A stretch of 64,000 nucleotides of DNA, taken from NCBI GenBank assembly GCA_951406725.2, contig OX597817.1, positions 129,642,001 through 129,706,000 of the forward strand, in the 5' to 3' direction. The stretch is from Octopus vulgaris (lineage: Eukaryota). Made by a program: the position numbers and the translations under genes. Positions 14,550 through 26,479 of this stretch are shown here, one piece after another (position 1 is the stretch's first letter; every line of letters starts with the position of its first letter). Below the pieces are notes generated by a model that worked only from the letters and a program-made list of their open reading frames with translations, made no database searches and was not told the DNA's origin.

Positions 14550-14800
14550 GATTGATGTTTGCAGGTAGAAATTATAATGATGCGTTCATTAAGACAATCC
14601 GTGGATTGCATAATAGGTAAGACCTCACCCATGCAGAAATCACACTTGTTATTATAGCCGCTGTATAGTTTGGCGTGGGTGACTGTGGACCACTCGAGAG
14701 TGTAAGGAGTTGAGTCATTCTTTAGTTTATGGATAAGCTAAGATAACTGTGCACTGTTGGATTTTGTTTGGGACTTGAAAGTTGAGTAATGGTTGCTCAC
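14550..14800 (-). mobile_element. Penelope-like element, C-terminal endonuclease remnant (intron 1)
   Basis: NHYSTFK...NSAQLS*LIHKLK...YTLEW...CDFCMGE...LNERIIIISTCKH resembles the CxLCLxEK...LNKRSELxSxCRH tail of Penelope-like GIY-YIG ORFs. Confidence 0.6.
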
Positions 14801-15462
14801 ACACACACGCGTGTGTGTTTGTGTGTTATATCATGTTATGTCTTGGGAAGGTTGTTACGCCAATAATAATAATAACAACACTCACACTGGTTCAATGCTA
14901 CTTCTTTATTGTTAATCTATTGGTCAAACATCTATTTAACTAACTAATCGATTGCTAGTTTAATATACTGGTTAAACAATCAGTCAGTTGATTTTTAATC
15001 ACCATTGCCCTGGTGTTTTCCTCGTCGAATTTTATTCTTCCTCTCTTGAAGTGTTTCGATTCAAAATAAATATATGTACATATGTAAGCTATATCAATTT
15101 TACATAAGTTATATCTTTAGTTGCCAACAAGGAAAAACATTCGCAATACAATGAGTTTTAACCTTAATAATGCATAGAACATGAAAAAAATAACTTGAAA
15201 TAATTATACTGGACCATGGTAGTCCAGGTGTTACACTGCAACAACATATATAATCCTACATGTACTATACCTGAAACAGAAATATGTAGAATAATGAGGG
15301 CTAGAAGGGTTTTCATTATACGTAGGGTTACTTGACTAGAAGTGAGCAAAGGTCAACAAAGAGCAAAGGAAAAGAAAATACAGTAGAGTGAAAAACACTG
15401 ATGATTTGAAAGTTTGAGGAAAATCAAGAGAAAGGAAGATTAGAATAATTTATCTTACTTAC

Positions 15463-15475
15463 TAGAAAGTCTCAT
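15463..15475 (-). CDS. Coding exon 1 of a 4-exon secreted-protein gene (MRLS + 1 nt)
   Basis: Minus strand reads caacaataATGAGACTTTCTA|gtaagt: ATG at 15475, perfect GTAAGT donor, phase 1, about 65 nt downstream of a TATA box. Confidence 0.85.
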
Positions 15476-15507
15476 TATTGTTGTTTAACGGTAAATTATA
15501 GAGGAGC

Positions 15508-15544
15508 AACTGTTGAAGTGTCTTGTGTATCTCCTATTTATATA
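15508..15544 (-). promoter_or_regulatory. TATA box and initiator-like site of the secreted-protein gene
   Basis: Minus-strand TATAAATA at 15542-15535, with an Inr-like ACAGTT (A at 15511) 31 nt downstream and ATG at 15475. Confidence 0.65.
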
Positions 15545-15795
15545 TACTTATAGATATACATACATGTGTGCATGTGTCTCAGAATATGTATGTGTGTATG
15601 TGTGTGTATGCATGTACGTGTCTAAATATGTATGTATGTGTATATATATATATATATATAAATATAAGCACTAACACGCACACAATGGTAAGTATATATA
15701 TATATATATATATGTGTACGTATGTGTTGTGTGTAGATAATCATACATACATACACACACAGGCACGCAGACACACACACAGGCACACACATATG

Positions 15796-15851
<56 letters not shown>

Positions 15852-16283
15852 TACTTATATGTACATACATACTGATATGTACATACATACTTACACATAC
15901 ACACAGTCACATACAAACACACACACTCAAAGCACAATTATTTATACATGTTGTTTATATTTTTTATCAATATCCCTCTATGGTGGGATGTAGTAATTAT
16001 TTTCTGCGGTTTTATCAAACATACTTTCTTTCCCACGAATCCTGATAAACGAAAAACAACTTTATCAATCGGAACCAACAAAATATTGATAATTATATTA
16101 GCACCAAAAAGCTGGGTTGTGTTATATTTGGTACACCTGAACGAGGATTTAGTATGTAAGAGTCGTCGTGAAATTTTCTCTGTTGTGTGCATTCGGAGGC
16201 TTTCTTCATTTGTGTCGTTTTGGTTTCTTGCAATTTCATCTCTTTTTCGTTAAGGATTTTGAGATGTTTTCCAGCTAAAGAGC

Positions 16284-16343
<60 letters not shown>

Positions 16344-16364
16344 ACACACACACACACAATGTAT

Positions 16365-17908
16365 TCAAAAGCCGTCAACAAAAAGTCAACCACTTGTTAT
16401 TCATGAATGACCTCAAACTTTATTGTAAAAAATGAAGCCCAAGTCAGTTCCCCCCGTTGATAAGGTATATACTTTCAGTGTAAGTATATATATCAGAATG
16501 GAGATCGGACTGAAAAAGTGTGGTGTGTTAGTCTTAAAGAGAGGCAAAATCAATGTATGGACGGACTAGCGATATCGTTGACGGGAGGTTATGAAGCAGA
16601 TAGAAGAGACGGGGTTATAAATACCTGGGGATATTGCAAATGGATAAATTGATGGCGAAAGAAATGAGACAAAACTTTATGGTGGAGTACTTGCATAGAC
16701 TGAGATTGATACTTAATTCGAAATTAAACGGACGAAATAAGATTGAAGCTATCAACACCTGGGCGGTTTAACTACTTAGATATGGAGCAGGGGTGATCGC
16801 ATGGATAGTAGACGAACTAAACAGCTTAGACAGAAAGACAAGGAAGTCGCTGACTAGATATGGGATACTCTACCCAATAAGTGACACAGACGGACTGTAT
16901 GTACCAAGGAAAAGAGGGGAAAGAGGACTTATTGGATGCGAACACAACATTAGAGCTGAAGAAAACAACATATGTAAAAAATGACACAGAACCATTATTC
17001 TTTGAAGTAAGAAGGTCAGGCTTGTGTAGGATGGAAGATTGCATAGATAAGCCCTGTACAAGCACTTGAGAATGAATGAAAATGAAGATAGGTGGATAAA
17101 GAAAAGAATGCATGAACAATTTCATGGGAATATTGAAGATAATACAGACAGAGAAAAAAGATGCCTATGGATGGCTAAAAGTGATTTAAAACCAGTAACA
17201 GAGACTCTAATCTGTGCTGCCCAACAGCAAACATTAAGAACCAATTACGTCGAATACAGAATAGACAACACATCAGAAAGTGATAAGTGCAGAATTTGTG
17301 GACAAAATGGTGAAACCGTATGGCATATTACCAGGCAATGTACGCCAATAGCCCTGAAAGAATATAAGAGACGTCATGACAATATAGCAAGGTTTGTCCA
17401 TTGGACACTTTGCCACAAGTATGGACTTGACAGAGCAAAAACGTGGTACGAACATAAACCCGAAGGCATAATCGAAAATTGTAATGCAAAGATCCTATGG
17501 GATTTTATGATTCCGTGCGACCATGAGACAGAGAATAGGAAACCAGACATAGTGTTAATTGAGAAAGAAAGTAAACTGTGCTGAATCATAGATATAACAT
17601 GTCCAACTGACAACAAGGTATGCGATAAAGAAGAAAGAAAAGTCGAAAGATATGACAGGTTAGCTTGAGAGGTTAAGCAGTAGTGCTCGCTGAAAAAAGT
17701 GAGTAAAAATCTTGAGAAGTACATGGAACAGATAGGGGTTGCAATAAGGGTGGAGCACATGCGGAAAACAGCATTGCTTGAAACCGCTCGAATACACTGG
17801 AAAGCGCTCGGAAAATAATGGGTGTTAACTTAGTTCACTAGTAGTGAACAGCTGTCACCGTAGTACATCTCCAGCGTTAGAAGTTGTGCAAAGAAAATAA
17901 ATAAATAA

Positions 17909-17910
<2 letters not shown>
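16365..17910 (+). mobile_element. R4/Dong-clade LINE, 5'-truncated (RT C-half, zinc knuckle, restriction-like endonuclease), ending in (TAA)n
   Basis: VNHLLFMNDLKLY, YKYLGI, LYVPRKRGERGL, CRICGQNGETVWHITRQC, YKRRHD, KILWDF, RKPDIVLI; multiple stops and frameshifts. Confidence 0.9.
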
Positions 17911-17960
<50 letters not shown>

Positions 17961-17962
<2 letters not shown>

Positions 17963-19090
17963 CTTGAAACATCTAAAGACTGGATGCTAAAGCTCATTGA
18001 AAACCATGAAAGACGTAAGAAGCTTAATTTTTTTATGAAGGAGAACAAAATATTTTCAAGTGAGTTTATGTATAATACCCAGGTTGAACAACATGACGGA
18101 AGTGCAGCAATTGTAGTTGCAAAGAAGGTGAAATTAATTGCAAAGCAAAATATGTTTGAACAATTGGCTGATAAGCGGAGACAAAAACCTCTACCTAGCA
18201 ATATGTGGCCCATAGCAAACAAGCTGATGTAGACCAGAAGTACACCCAACAGTGGCTACAGATCTCAGGGTTAAAGACAGAGAGTGAAGGCTTTATCTTG
18301 GCTGTCCAAGATCAGAGCTTATTGACCAGAACTATCAAGCCAACGTGATGAAAAATGATATAGACCCAAAGTGCCGATACTGCAACGATGGGATAGAAAC
18401 AGTGGACTACCTAATCTCTGGATGTAAGGATTTACCACTTGTAGAGTACAAATCAAGACGTGACAGAGTTGATCAAAATCTTCACTGGATAACATGTCGG
18501 CATTATGAAATCAAAACTGCTGAGAAATGGTACAAGCACCACCCTAAGGCTGTAACTGAGGGAGAAAATGTAGCTATTCTTTGGGAATATCAAAGCAAAG
18601 AAACTAGATATTGTTGTGAAAAACCAAAACAATAAAGTCTATTGATTGACATGAGAATACCTATTTCTTTACTACCCAAAAGGGGCTAAACACAGAAGGG
18701 ACAAACAAGGACAGACAAACGGATTAAGTCGATTATATCGACCCAGTGTGTAACTGGTACTTATTTAATCGACTCTGAAAGGATGAAAGGCAAAGTCGAC
18801 CTCGGCGGAATTGACATGAGAATACCCTCGGCATAATCGAATTCTCGGCAAAATAATTTGATAAGCTCAGAAAATATAAAGATTTGCTAATCAAAATCGA
18901 AAAGATGTGGCATCTCAAGACGGTTACAATACCAGTGTTTGTAGGAGCACTTGGAATGATCAAAAAATGAATTTAAAATTATTTAAGAGTGACACCAAGG
19001 GCAGAGATACGTACTGTATACCATCCAAATAGGAAGTGCAAAAGATTGTCTTAACTAGTACGTCACACGTACTGAGAAGAGCATTGTGCT
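17961..19090 (+). mobile_element. Second, divergent R4/Dong-clade LINE 3' fragment
   Basis: GLKTESEGFILAVQDQSL, CRYCNDGIETVDYLISGC, EVQKIVLTSTSHVLRRAL; begins directly after the (TAA)n tail of the first copy. Confidence 0.85.
18662..18809 (-). mobile_element. 5'-truncated SINE B inserted into the LINE with a 17-bp target-site duplication
   Basis: attgacatgagaatacc at 18645-18661 and 18810-18826. Confidence 0.9.
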
Positions 19091-19723
19091 GTGGATTTTC
19101 TCTCATTTTTCCCCACCTTTATTTTTTAGTTTTTCCTTTTTCTCTCTGTCTTCCCCTTTTCTAAATCACATGACTTTGTAAAAGAACAATCTGGTGTGTT
19201 TATTTTAATGACTTACTAATGTATACAGTACGTATCTCTGCCCTTGGTGTCAGAAAGACACTCAGCAAGAAATGGAAACAGAATCAGAACCACAGTTTTT
19301 AAGATGGAATTATGGTTATACCATATAGATGCGCTACTGCCATTGTAGGCCAAAAGTGATGCAATATTTCTCAGCTCAATGGCTTCTGTGTTAAATAGAA
19401 TATTCTGGAAGACAACCGATCTACTTTCAGTTTGGTACAATTAAAATATGTGAAGCTAATATCGCCAACATCACGTATATCAAGTCATTGATTATAGATG
19501 ATTACTCGATATGCTATAAGTAGCAGCAAATGTTCTTTAAATAAAGGAAACCACGCAACAGATACTATAGTTCTACCTACCGTTCACAAGACATGATGGT
19601 TATGGTGGGAATGCCTTTAATCAAGAGTTCACTCAACGAAGATTGATCTGGAACTACAAAACAACAACGATGGTAGCAACAACGATAGCAACAGCAACAA
19701 CAACAACGACAACAACAACATCA

Positions 19724-19925
19724 GTGGAGGGTCAATGGCCCAGTGGTTAGGGTAACGGACTCGCGGTCGTAAGAACGCAGTTTCGATTTCCAGACCGGGC
19801 ATTGTGAGTGTTTATTGAGCAAAAATACCTGAGCTCCACGATGTTCCAGCGGGGTGTGGGGGATGAACCTCGCTGTACTCTTCACCTCAACTTTCTCTCG
19901 CGCTTTCTTCCTACTTCTGCCACAA
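19724..19925 (+). mobile_element. tRNA-derived SINE family C, 5' part
   Basis: tggcccagtggttaggg (A box) and gtttcgatttcc (B box); matches 22521 and 41464. Confidence 0.8.
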
Positions 19926-20456
19926 AGCAGAGGAACCATAGTGTAATCCACTATGGTGTGGTAAACTTTCAGACCCTAGTCTAGATTGTGAATCCTCTGT
20001 ACCCCAGGATGGTTCAGCTCTCCACCCGTTAAAAGCCTCATTTTACGTAATGAGGATAACAACGTAGCTTTCGCACCCGTTCAACCGCCAGTCTATCACG
20101 TGTGGTGGGTGGATCTTCAAGCTGCCACACGCATTCTTAGTAGCTTGGAGTAGACTCGAATTAGAGATTATTGCTTGTGGCTAATGGCGTGAGTCCTGAT
20201 TAGGAGAAGAAGAAGAAGGTATCATCATCATCATCATTATCATCATCATCAACAACAACAACAACAACTACAACGAAAAGAACAATAACAGTAACACTGT
20301 CTTGCACACGTTACATTTATAACACATATGTCAATATTTATCGCTGAGATTAATTTTATCTCCGTCATTCGCTTTATTTTAACAATGCTACACACTAACT
20401 TTCTTACGTAACCCCACCTACACACACTACATTTATATGTCCTAGTACATTAACTA

Positions 20457-20494
<38 letters not shown>

Positions 20495-20634
20495 ACACAC
20501 GCACCAACTGTACCCGCTTTCACATGCACGAACTATAAGAGTGCGTGAGAAAAGTATGGTCCCATAGCTCCTTTATGATGTGGTACTTAACCATGAGAAA
20601 TAGCCATTAAGCCATTAATATTAGTTATGAAATT

Positions 20635-21767
20635 AGGGCTGTGAGCTGGTAGAAGCGTTAGCACGTCGGGCAAAATGCTTAGCAGTACTTCGTCCGCCTT
20701 CATGTTCTGAGTTCAAATACTGCCGGGATCGATAAAATAAGTATCAGTTGAGAACTGCAGTCAATGTAATCGACTTACCTCCTCCCCGAAAATGCAGGCC
20801 TTGTGCCAAAATTTGAAATCAGTATTAGAGATCAAATTTAGGGCGGCGAGCTGGCAATATCGTCAACACGCCGGGCAAAATGCTTAGCGACATTTCGTCC
20901 GTCTTTACATTGTGAGTTCAAATTCCTCTGAAGTCAACTTTGCCTTTCATCCTTTTGAGGTCGATAAAATAAGTACCAGTTGAGAACTGGGGTCGATATA
21001 ATCGACTTCTCCCCTCCCCCGAAATTGCTGGCCTTGTGCCAAAATTTAAAGCTAAAACCAATATCAGAATTTAATATATTAAACTGAGTTTTAAGGCAGC
21101 GAGTTGGCAGAGTCGTAAGCACGCCGGGAAAAATGCTTAGCGGCTTTCGTCCGTTTTTAAGTTCTGAGTTCAAATTCCGCCGAGGTCGACTTTACCTTTT
21201 ATCCTTTCGGAGTCGATAAAATAAGCACCATTTGATCACTGTGATCAATATAATCCACTTACCCTCACCCGGGAAGTTGCTGGCCTTGTACCAAAATTTG
21301 GAACCGATATATTGCACCGTATTAAACTCTGAAAATTTACATAATAATTCCATGTACAACGTTGCATATAGCATGGAATAGGCTGTAACGGGTATGACAG
21401 ATTCCAATGAATAGCAGCCAACATCAATAATATTTCAAATATTTAGTTTCCAATGACTATTTCAATAAATATTACCTAAAAGTACAATTGCAATATAATT
21501 ATACAGGCTGTATATATGTACTTATATGTATAAGGAAGGCGGCGAGCTGGCAGAAACGTTAGCACGCCTGGCGAAATGCTTAGCAGTATTTCGTCTGCCG
21601 TTACGTTGTGAGTTCAAATTCCGCCGAGGTCGACTTTGCCTTTCATCCTTTCGGGGTCGATAAATTAAGTACCAGTTACGCACTGGAGTCGATATAATCG
21701 ACTTAATCCGTTTGTCTGTCCTTGTTTGTCCCCTCTGAGTTTAGCCCTTTGTGGGTAGTAAAGAAAT
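20635..21767 (+). mobile_element. Cluster of four co-oriented SINE B copies (~20635, 20839, 21093, 21537)
   Basis: Repeated ggcgagctggcag...gttagcacgccggg..aaatgcttagc...gagttcaaattccgccgaggtcgac. Confidence 0.85.
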
Positions 21768-21789
21768 ATATATGTATAATAAATACATA

Positions 21790-22090
21790 AAGGCGCCTGG
21801 ATTGGTTGGTTAGCATATTCAGTTCGATTCCCGGCAGCGCGTTGTCTTCTTCAGCAGGACATCTTATTTCACGTTGCTCCAGTTCACTCAGCTGGCAAAA
21901 ATAAGTTGAAGCTGCAATGCTGTAGACCAGGATTGTCATATTTTGTTTGTCACGCTGAATCTCCCTGAAAACTATGTTACGGGTATGAGTGACTATGGAG
22001 TGCTCAGCCATTTGCTCATGAATTTCATGAGTATGCTGTTCCGTTGATCGAATCAACTGGAACACTCATCGTCTTAACCGACGAAGTGGT
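21790..22090 (+). mobile_element. SINE family D (Nin/Deu-like central domain)
   Basis: B box gttcgattcc followed by ttatttcacgttgctccagttcactcagctgg; a related minus-strand copy lies at 26100-26460. Confidence 0.6.
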
Positions 22091-22520
22091 CGGCCATACA
22101 TATTCATGAATATATGTATGCATGTATGTATGTATCTATGTATGTACATACGTACCTACGTACCTCTGTCTGTCTGTATATATATATATCACAAAAACAC
22201 TCACATTCGCACGCGTGCACGTACACAATGCTTCACGCATATGCGCACATGCCACGTAGGTCAGTATAGTTCTTATTTAACTAATTTTAAGTACTAATTA
22301 TATGGCCAATGCTGGAATATAGTGGAAAATTGATGGCGAAAGAAATGACAGAAAAATTTAAGGTGGAGTGCTTACATTCAAAATGCCGCATAATAGAATT
22401 GGACCCAGAACTACTTTGTAGCGAAACGAATCTCTTAATAGCATTGCCATGCCTTAGTTTTAATAATTCCCAATCTATCTACTCGCTCACCAATCAATAA
22501 TATATATATATATTTATATA

Positions 22521-22815
22521 TGGAGGCGCAATGGCCCAGTGGTTAGGGCAGCGGACTCGCGGTTTCGATTCCCAGACCGGGCGTTGTGAGTGTTTATTGA
22601 GCAAAAACACCTAAAGCTCCACGAGGCTCTGGCAGGGGTGGGGGGCGATTCCTGCTGTACTCTTTCGCCGATTTTTCTCTCACTCTTTCTTCTGTTGGCC
22701 TGCTCGCTTAGCCAGCGGGGTGGCGTCATTCGAAGGCTAAAACAATGCGAAGCGCATTGTGACCAGCGATGTGTAGCAACATCTGATAGCCTGGTCAGTT
22801 ACAGTGATCACAGTG
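22521..22815 (+). mobile_element. SINE family C, near full length
   Basis: Near-identical to 41464-41765. Confidence 0.85.
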
Positions 22816-22842
22816 ATATATATATATATTTCACGAGATATA

Positions 22843-23422
22843 CGAGGGTCGGATGAAAAGTTCATAGGTTGACTAAGATACTCTCATGGAATGTGACCAA
22901 ATGAGGTTTATTTTTCAACCTAGTTGCCCATGCGGTCCACTCATTTCCTTCAATCCCATTGGTGAAGAAGCTTTCATCCCGTTGCTCAAAAAAGTCATCA
23001 ACAGCAGATTTGACGTCATCATCACTGCGATACTGGTACACAGCAAAGTGTTTTTCCACGCTGGAAGAACAGATGATAGTCAGATGGGACAAAATCAGGA
23101 GAATAAGGAGGATGATCAACCAGATGAAAGCCAGTTACGCACGACAGCCAGTGAAATCAAGGACTTGTGTGCTGGAGCATTGTTCTGATGAAACAAGATC
23201 CCTTTCGTCAGATTTCCCAGGCGGCTGATCTTGATAGCTAAATTTTGTCCAAGAAAAGTCGCTACTAGTTACTTTTGAAGTTTTCTATGAACAGTCAGAT
23301 ATCAGTTTACCTAAAAAAGATCTATTCAGTTATCAATATGAAGAGTTAAAATTAATGCATGCAAAATTTCACAGCTTTGGCATCACTCATAGTCAGCCTG
23401 TGAACTTTTCAGCCCACTCTCA
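22843..23422 (-). mobile_element. Internally deleted mariner element
   Basis: TA|CGAGGGTCGGATGAAAAGTTCATAGG ... CCTGTGAACTTTTCAGCCCACTCTCA|TA; peptide YRSDDDVKSAVDDFFEQRDESFFTNGI matches a mariner C-terminus. Confidence 0.85.
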
Positions 23423-24274
23423 TATTGTTAAAGAAAACATCTCTTACTAAAATTTTATTTATATAATTATCTTTCTTGCGATTGCAGCATGGAAGACACA
23501 TGTTAGCCATTCAGAAACACACAAACTGTTAACTTCAGTCAATCATTTACTGTTTATAACAACGTGTCAAAATGTTCGTCGCTTGAATCTGTGGTCTAGT
23601 TACTGACAACATCAAACTACAGCGACGAAGATATTGATTTCAAGTTTTGGCACAAGGCCAGCAATTTCTGGAGATGGGTAAGTCGTTTACATCGACCCCA
23701 GTGTTCAACTGGTACTTGTTTTATCGATCCCCAAAGGATGAAAGGCAAAGTCAACCTCGGTGGAATTTGAACTAAGAACACGAGGTTCACTATGTCTGAA
23801 TAAAAGACGAGATGGTCAAATTAAGAACACTTTTGATCATAGGTTAGTTCGATCACAAGTAACTGGACTAAACAACAACCGAGCAGACTGCCTCTATGCA
23901 GTCATTTCATTTGCTAGAAGTAGTAACCAAACTTCCATCAAATCATGCCCTACTGTTTAGAAGGTACAAATAGCGGGCACTGATTCCAGATACAGTGTGA
24001 TCGAATAAAAGAAAGGTTTGCTCGATCAGCACTGACCTTGATCTAAACCAGTGATTTTCACAGGAGTAGGGCAGTGCTGACGGAAAAGAAGTGGACGTTT
24101 GTCATGCTTCATAAGATAAAGGTAACTTTAAACTTGTTCAGTAGTGTGGCAAACAAAGAAGAAAGAAGAAGCATATGGAAGCAGACTCCATTTTATTTTC
24201 TTTGTAAACAGCGGGACAGGTGAAAAATTTCCTCGCATTTTGAAGGGGGAAACAGGTATCTTTTTCAGTTTTAA

Positions 24275-25248
24275 CCCCTTAATGGATTATCCCGAGTTTA
24301 CTCGTGCATCGCAAATGTATCTTTTTAGAAGCAGAAGAGTAAACTCGGTCAAAATTAACTTTTAATTTTAGCACTCAAACGAGTTTATATGTATTGTGTT
24401 GTTTCATTTTTGAGCAATTACGAATTTACTCGTGGAAAAAATTTACGTGGGAAAAAATATTATAAAAAAAGTATTTTATCATTTGATGGATTTGGCTATC
24501 TGGAATGCTTATGTTTTGTATAATGCATCTTTCGAAACTTCAGCTTCTGCTATGAAACCGCTGAAATTTAGAATGCAAATAATCACCAAGATTATTGAAA
24601 AATATAGGCCCTTTTTTCCTCTCACAAAACCAGGAAGACCATCATCGATCCCACATCCAACAAGATTTGTCCCAACTGGTCACTTTCCCATGGAAATACC
24701 ACCAAATTATAAGAAAAAGAACCCTACACGACAGTCTGCAAAATACACAGAGAAGAGAGACGCTAAAGGAAAGAAGATTCGAAGAGAAAGCAGATACATG
24801 TGTGATGTCTGCAAGATAACTTTGTGTGTAACTCCTTGTTTTAAGAATTATCATTGTAAATAAACTATCTCGTTTTTAAAAAAAATTTCCTTTGATTTAA
24901 AAGCAATACATCTTATAAAAAATCGAAGATAGTTAAGTTATGTGTTAACTATGTTAACTAATACACATAACTTAACTATCTTCGATTTTTTATAAGATGT
25001 ATTGCTTTTAAATCAAAGGAAATTTTTTTTTAAAAACGAGATAGTTTCAATGTCCAAGTGAACTCGTTTAAATCCACGAGTAAAAGTACATTTAATTTCT
25101 CTAATAAAAAATAAAGGTAACAAGATAAATAGCATTTTTTTTTTTTTTTTTTTTTTGTAATTAACACAGTGTATATAATTAAAAAAAGGAAATGAAAAAT
25201 ATGCTCTGAAATGAAACGCCGTGTCAAAATAGTTGATTCACTAAGGGG
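24275..25248 (+). mobile_element. Internally deleted piggyBac element
   Basis: TTAA|CCCCTTAATGGAT ... ATTCACTAAGGGG|TTAA. ORF 24432-24863 has KKVFYHLMDLAIWNAYVLY and the C-terminal Cys-rich RESRYMCDVCKITLCVTPCFKNYH. Confidence 0.92.
24862..25047. repeat. Near-perfect inverted repeat (84/85-bp arms, 17-bp spacer) inside the piggyBac
   Basis: 24862-24945 is the reverse complement of 24963-25047. Confidence 0.95.
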
Positions 25249-25384
25249 TTAAACTCACACAGGAAAAGAAATTTTAAAGGGAAATAACTCTTTAAATATT
25301 CACTCGTGTTGCCAAGAGTCAACTCCCTTAAATGTTTGTTAAAACGTTAAGTTATTCTTTCATTTTAAATTATTCTTTCATTTA

Positions 25385-25830
25385 TATTTCAGCCCTAAGG
25401 CTGTGGCCATGCTGGGGCACCGCCAGTGTAATAATCTTTTAATTGTCCAATTCTATGTGATTGGCTTTTGGTGAAGAAGGGAGTTCGACACCGCTGCCCT
25501 CTTTTGAGTTTCCTGACTTGATTTTGGTTCATCTTGGATCCTAGATAGCAAGAATTCAAGCTGAGATCCTTCAGATGTTTTGGCAAGGCGTAGAATAGCT
25601 GTGGGCCCTTGAATCCCAAGCTTTTGCAGTAGATCGTCCTCACCTTAGATGGGACAACGGAGACGTTTGGAACAGTAGAATGACGTCCAATTTGAGGTCT
25701 GGTATAACTTTCAGTTCCAAAGTTTGTTGCCAGCCCCTGCAGTATCTTCCACACATATATATCATACCGCTTCCGTCTTCGCTCCTGGGAGTAGAGTCGT
25801 AGCTCTTTCAGTTTCTCCCAGTAACTCAAA
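25385..25830 (-). mobile_element. CR1-like LINE 3' end
   Basis: LSYWEKLKELRLYSQERRRKRYDIYVWKILQG...GPQLFYALP; 3' tail ggcggtgccccagcatggcc. Confidence 0.85.
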
Positions 25831-26099
25831 TTATTTTTTCAACTTCCAGGAAATGAATTAACACTAAATATTTTCAAAATGGACACAAGGCTGTAATTTT
25901 GTGGGTATGGGGAGGCTCTAACGAATTGAATCGGTGCAATATCTTTTTATCGAGCCAGAACGGCAAAGGGGAGCATTTTGGATAAAAGCCGCGAGGCATT
26001 AAACCTGTCTTCCTGTCATATTACATGCATACCTACCACACACATATGCATATTCTCACATACATAAACCATGTACATATAAACCCGAATCCGTCGGTC

Positions 26100-26460
26100 A
26101 CGAATAACCATGGGTGCACTTAAAAGGTTCCCCTCCGGGGTATAAGTCTGGGCTGAAAGTCGCTTCGCTGGCGAACGCACAACCTGGGTTGTTTTTATGG
26201 AAGACCAGCAGTCACCCACGCATGCCAGCCCCTCCCCCCCCTCACTCTCCACGGCACCGATGTTATCCAAGGGAAAGGCCAAGGCTGATGCAGCTTCGCA
26301 CCAATTACGTTGCAACTCATTTCTTCAACTAAGTGAGCTGGAGCAACGTAAAATAAAATATCTTGTTCATGAAAACAACACGCAGCCCGGTCCGGGAATC
26401 GAACTCACAACCTCACGAACGTAAGTTCGACTCTCTAACTACTGAGCCATGTGCCTTCAC
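26100..26460 (-). mobile_element. SINE family D copy
   Basis: Minus strand tggctcagtagttaga (A box), gagttcgattcc (B box), ttacgttgctccagctcact core. Confidence 0.7.
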
Positions 26461-26479
26461 GCATGTACAAATACATGTC

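Noticed and set aside
24432-24863. Domesticated PGBD-like gene
   Set aside because: Only the transposase C-terminus is present, with no ATG start, inside intact TIRs and a TTAA duplication.
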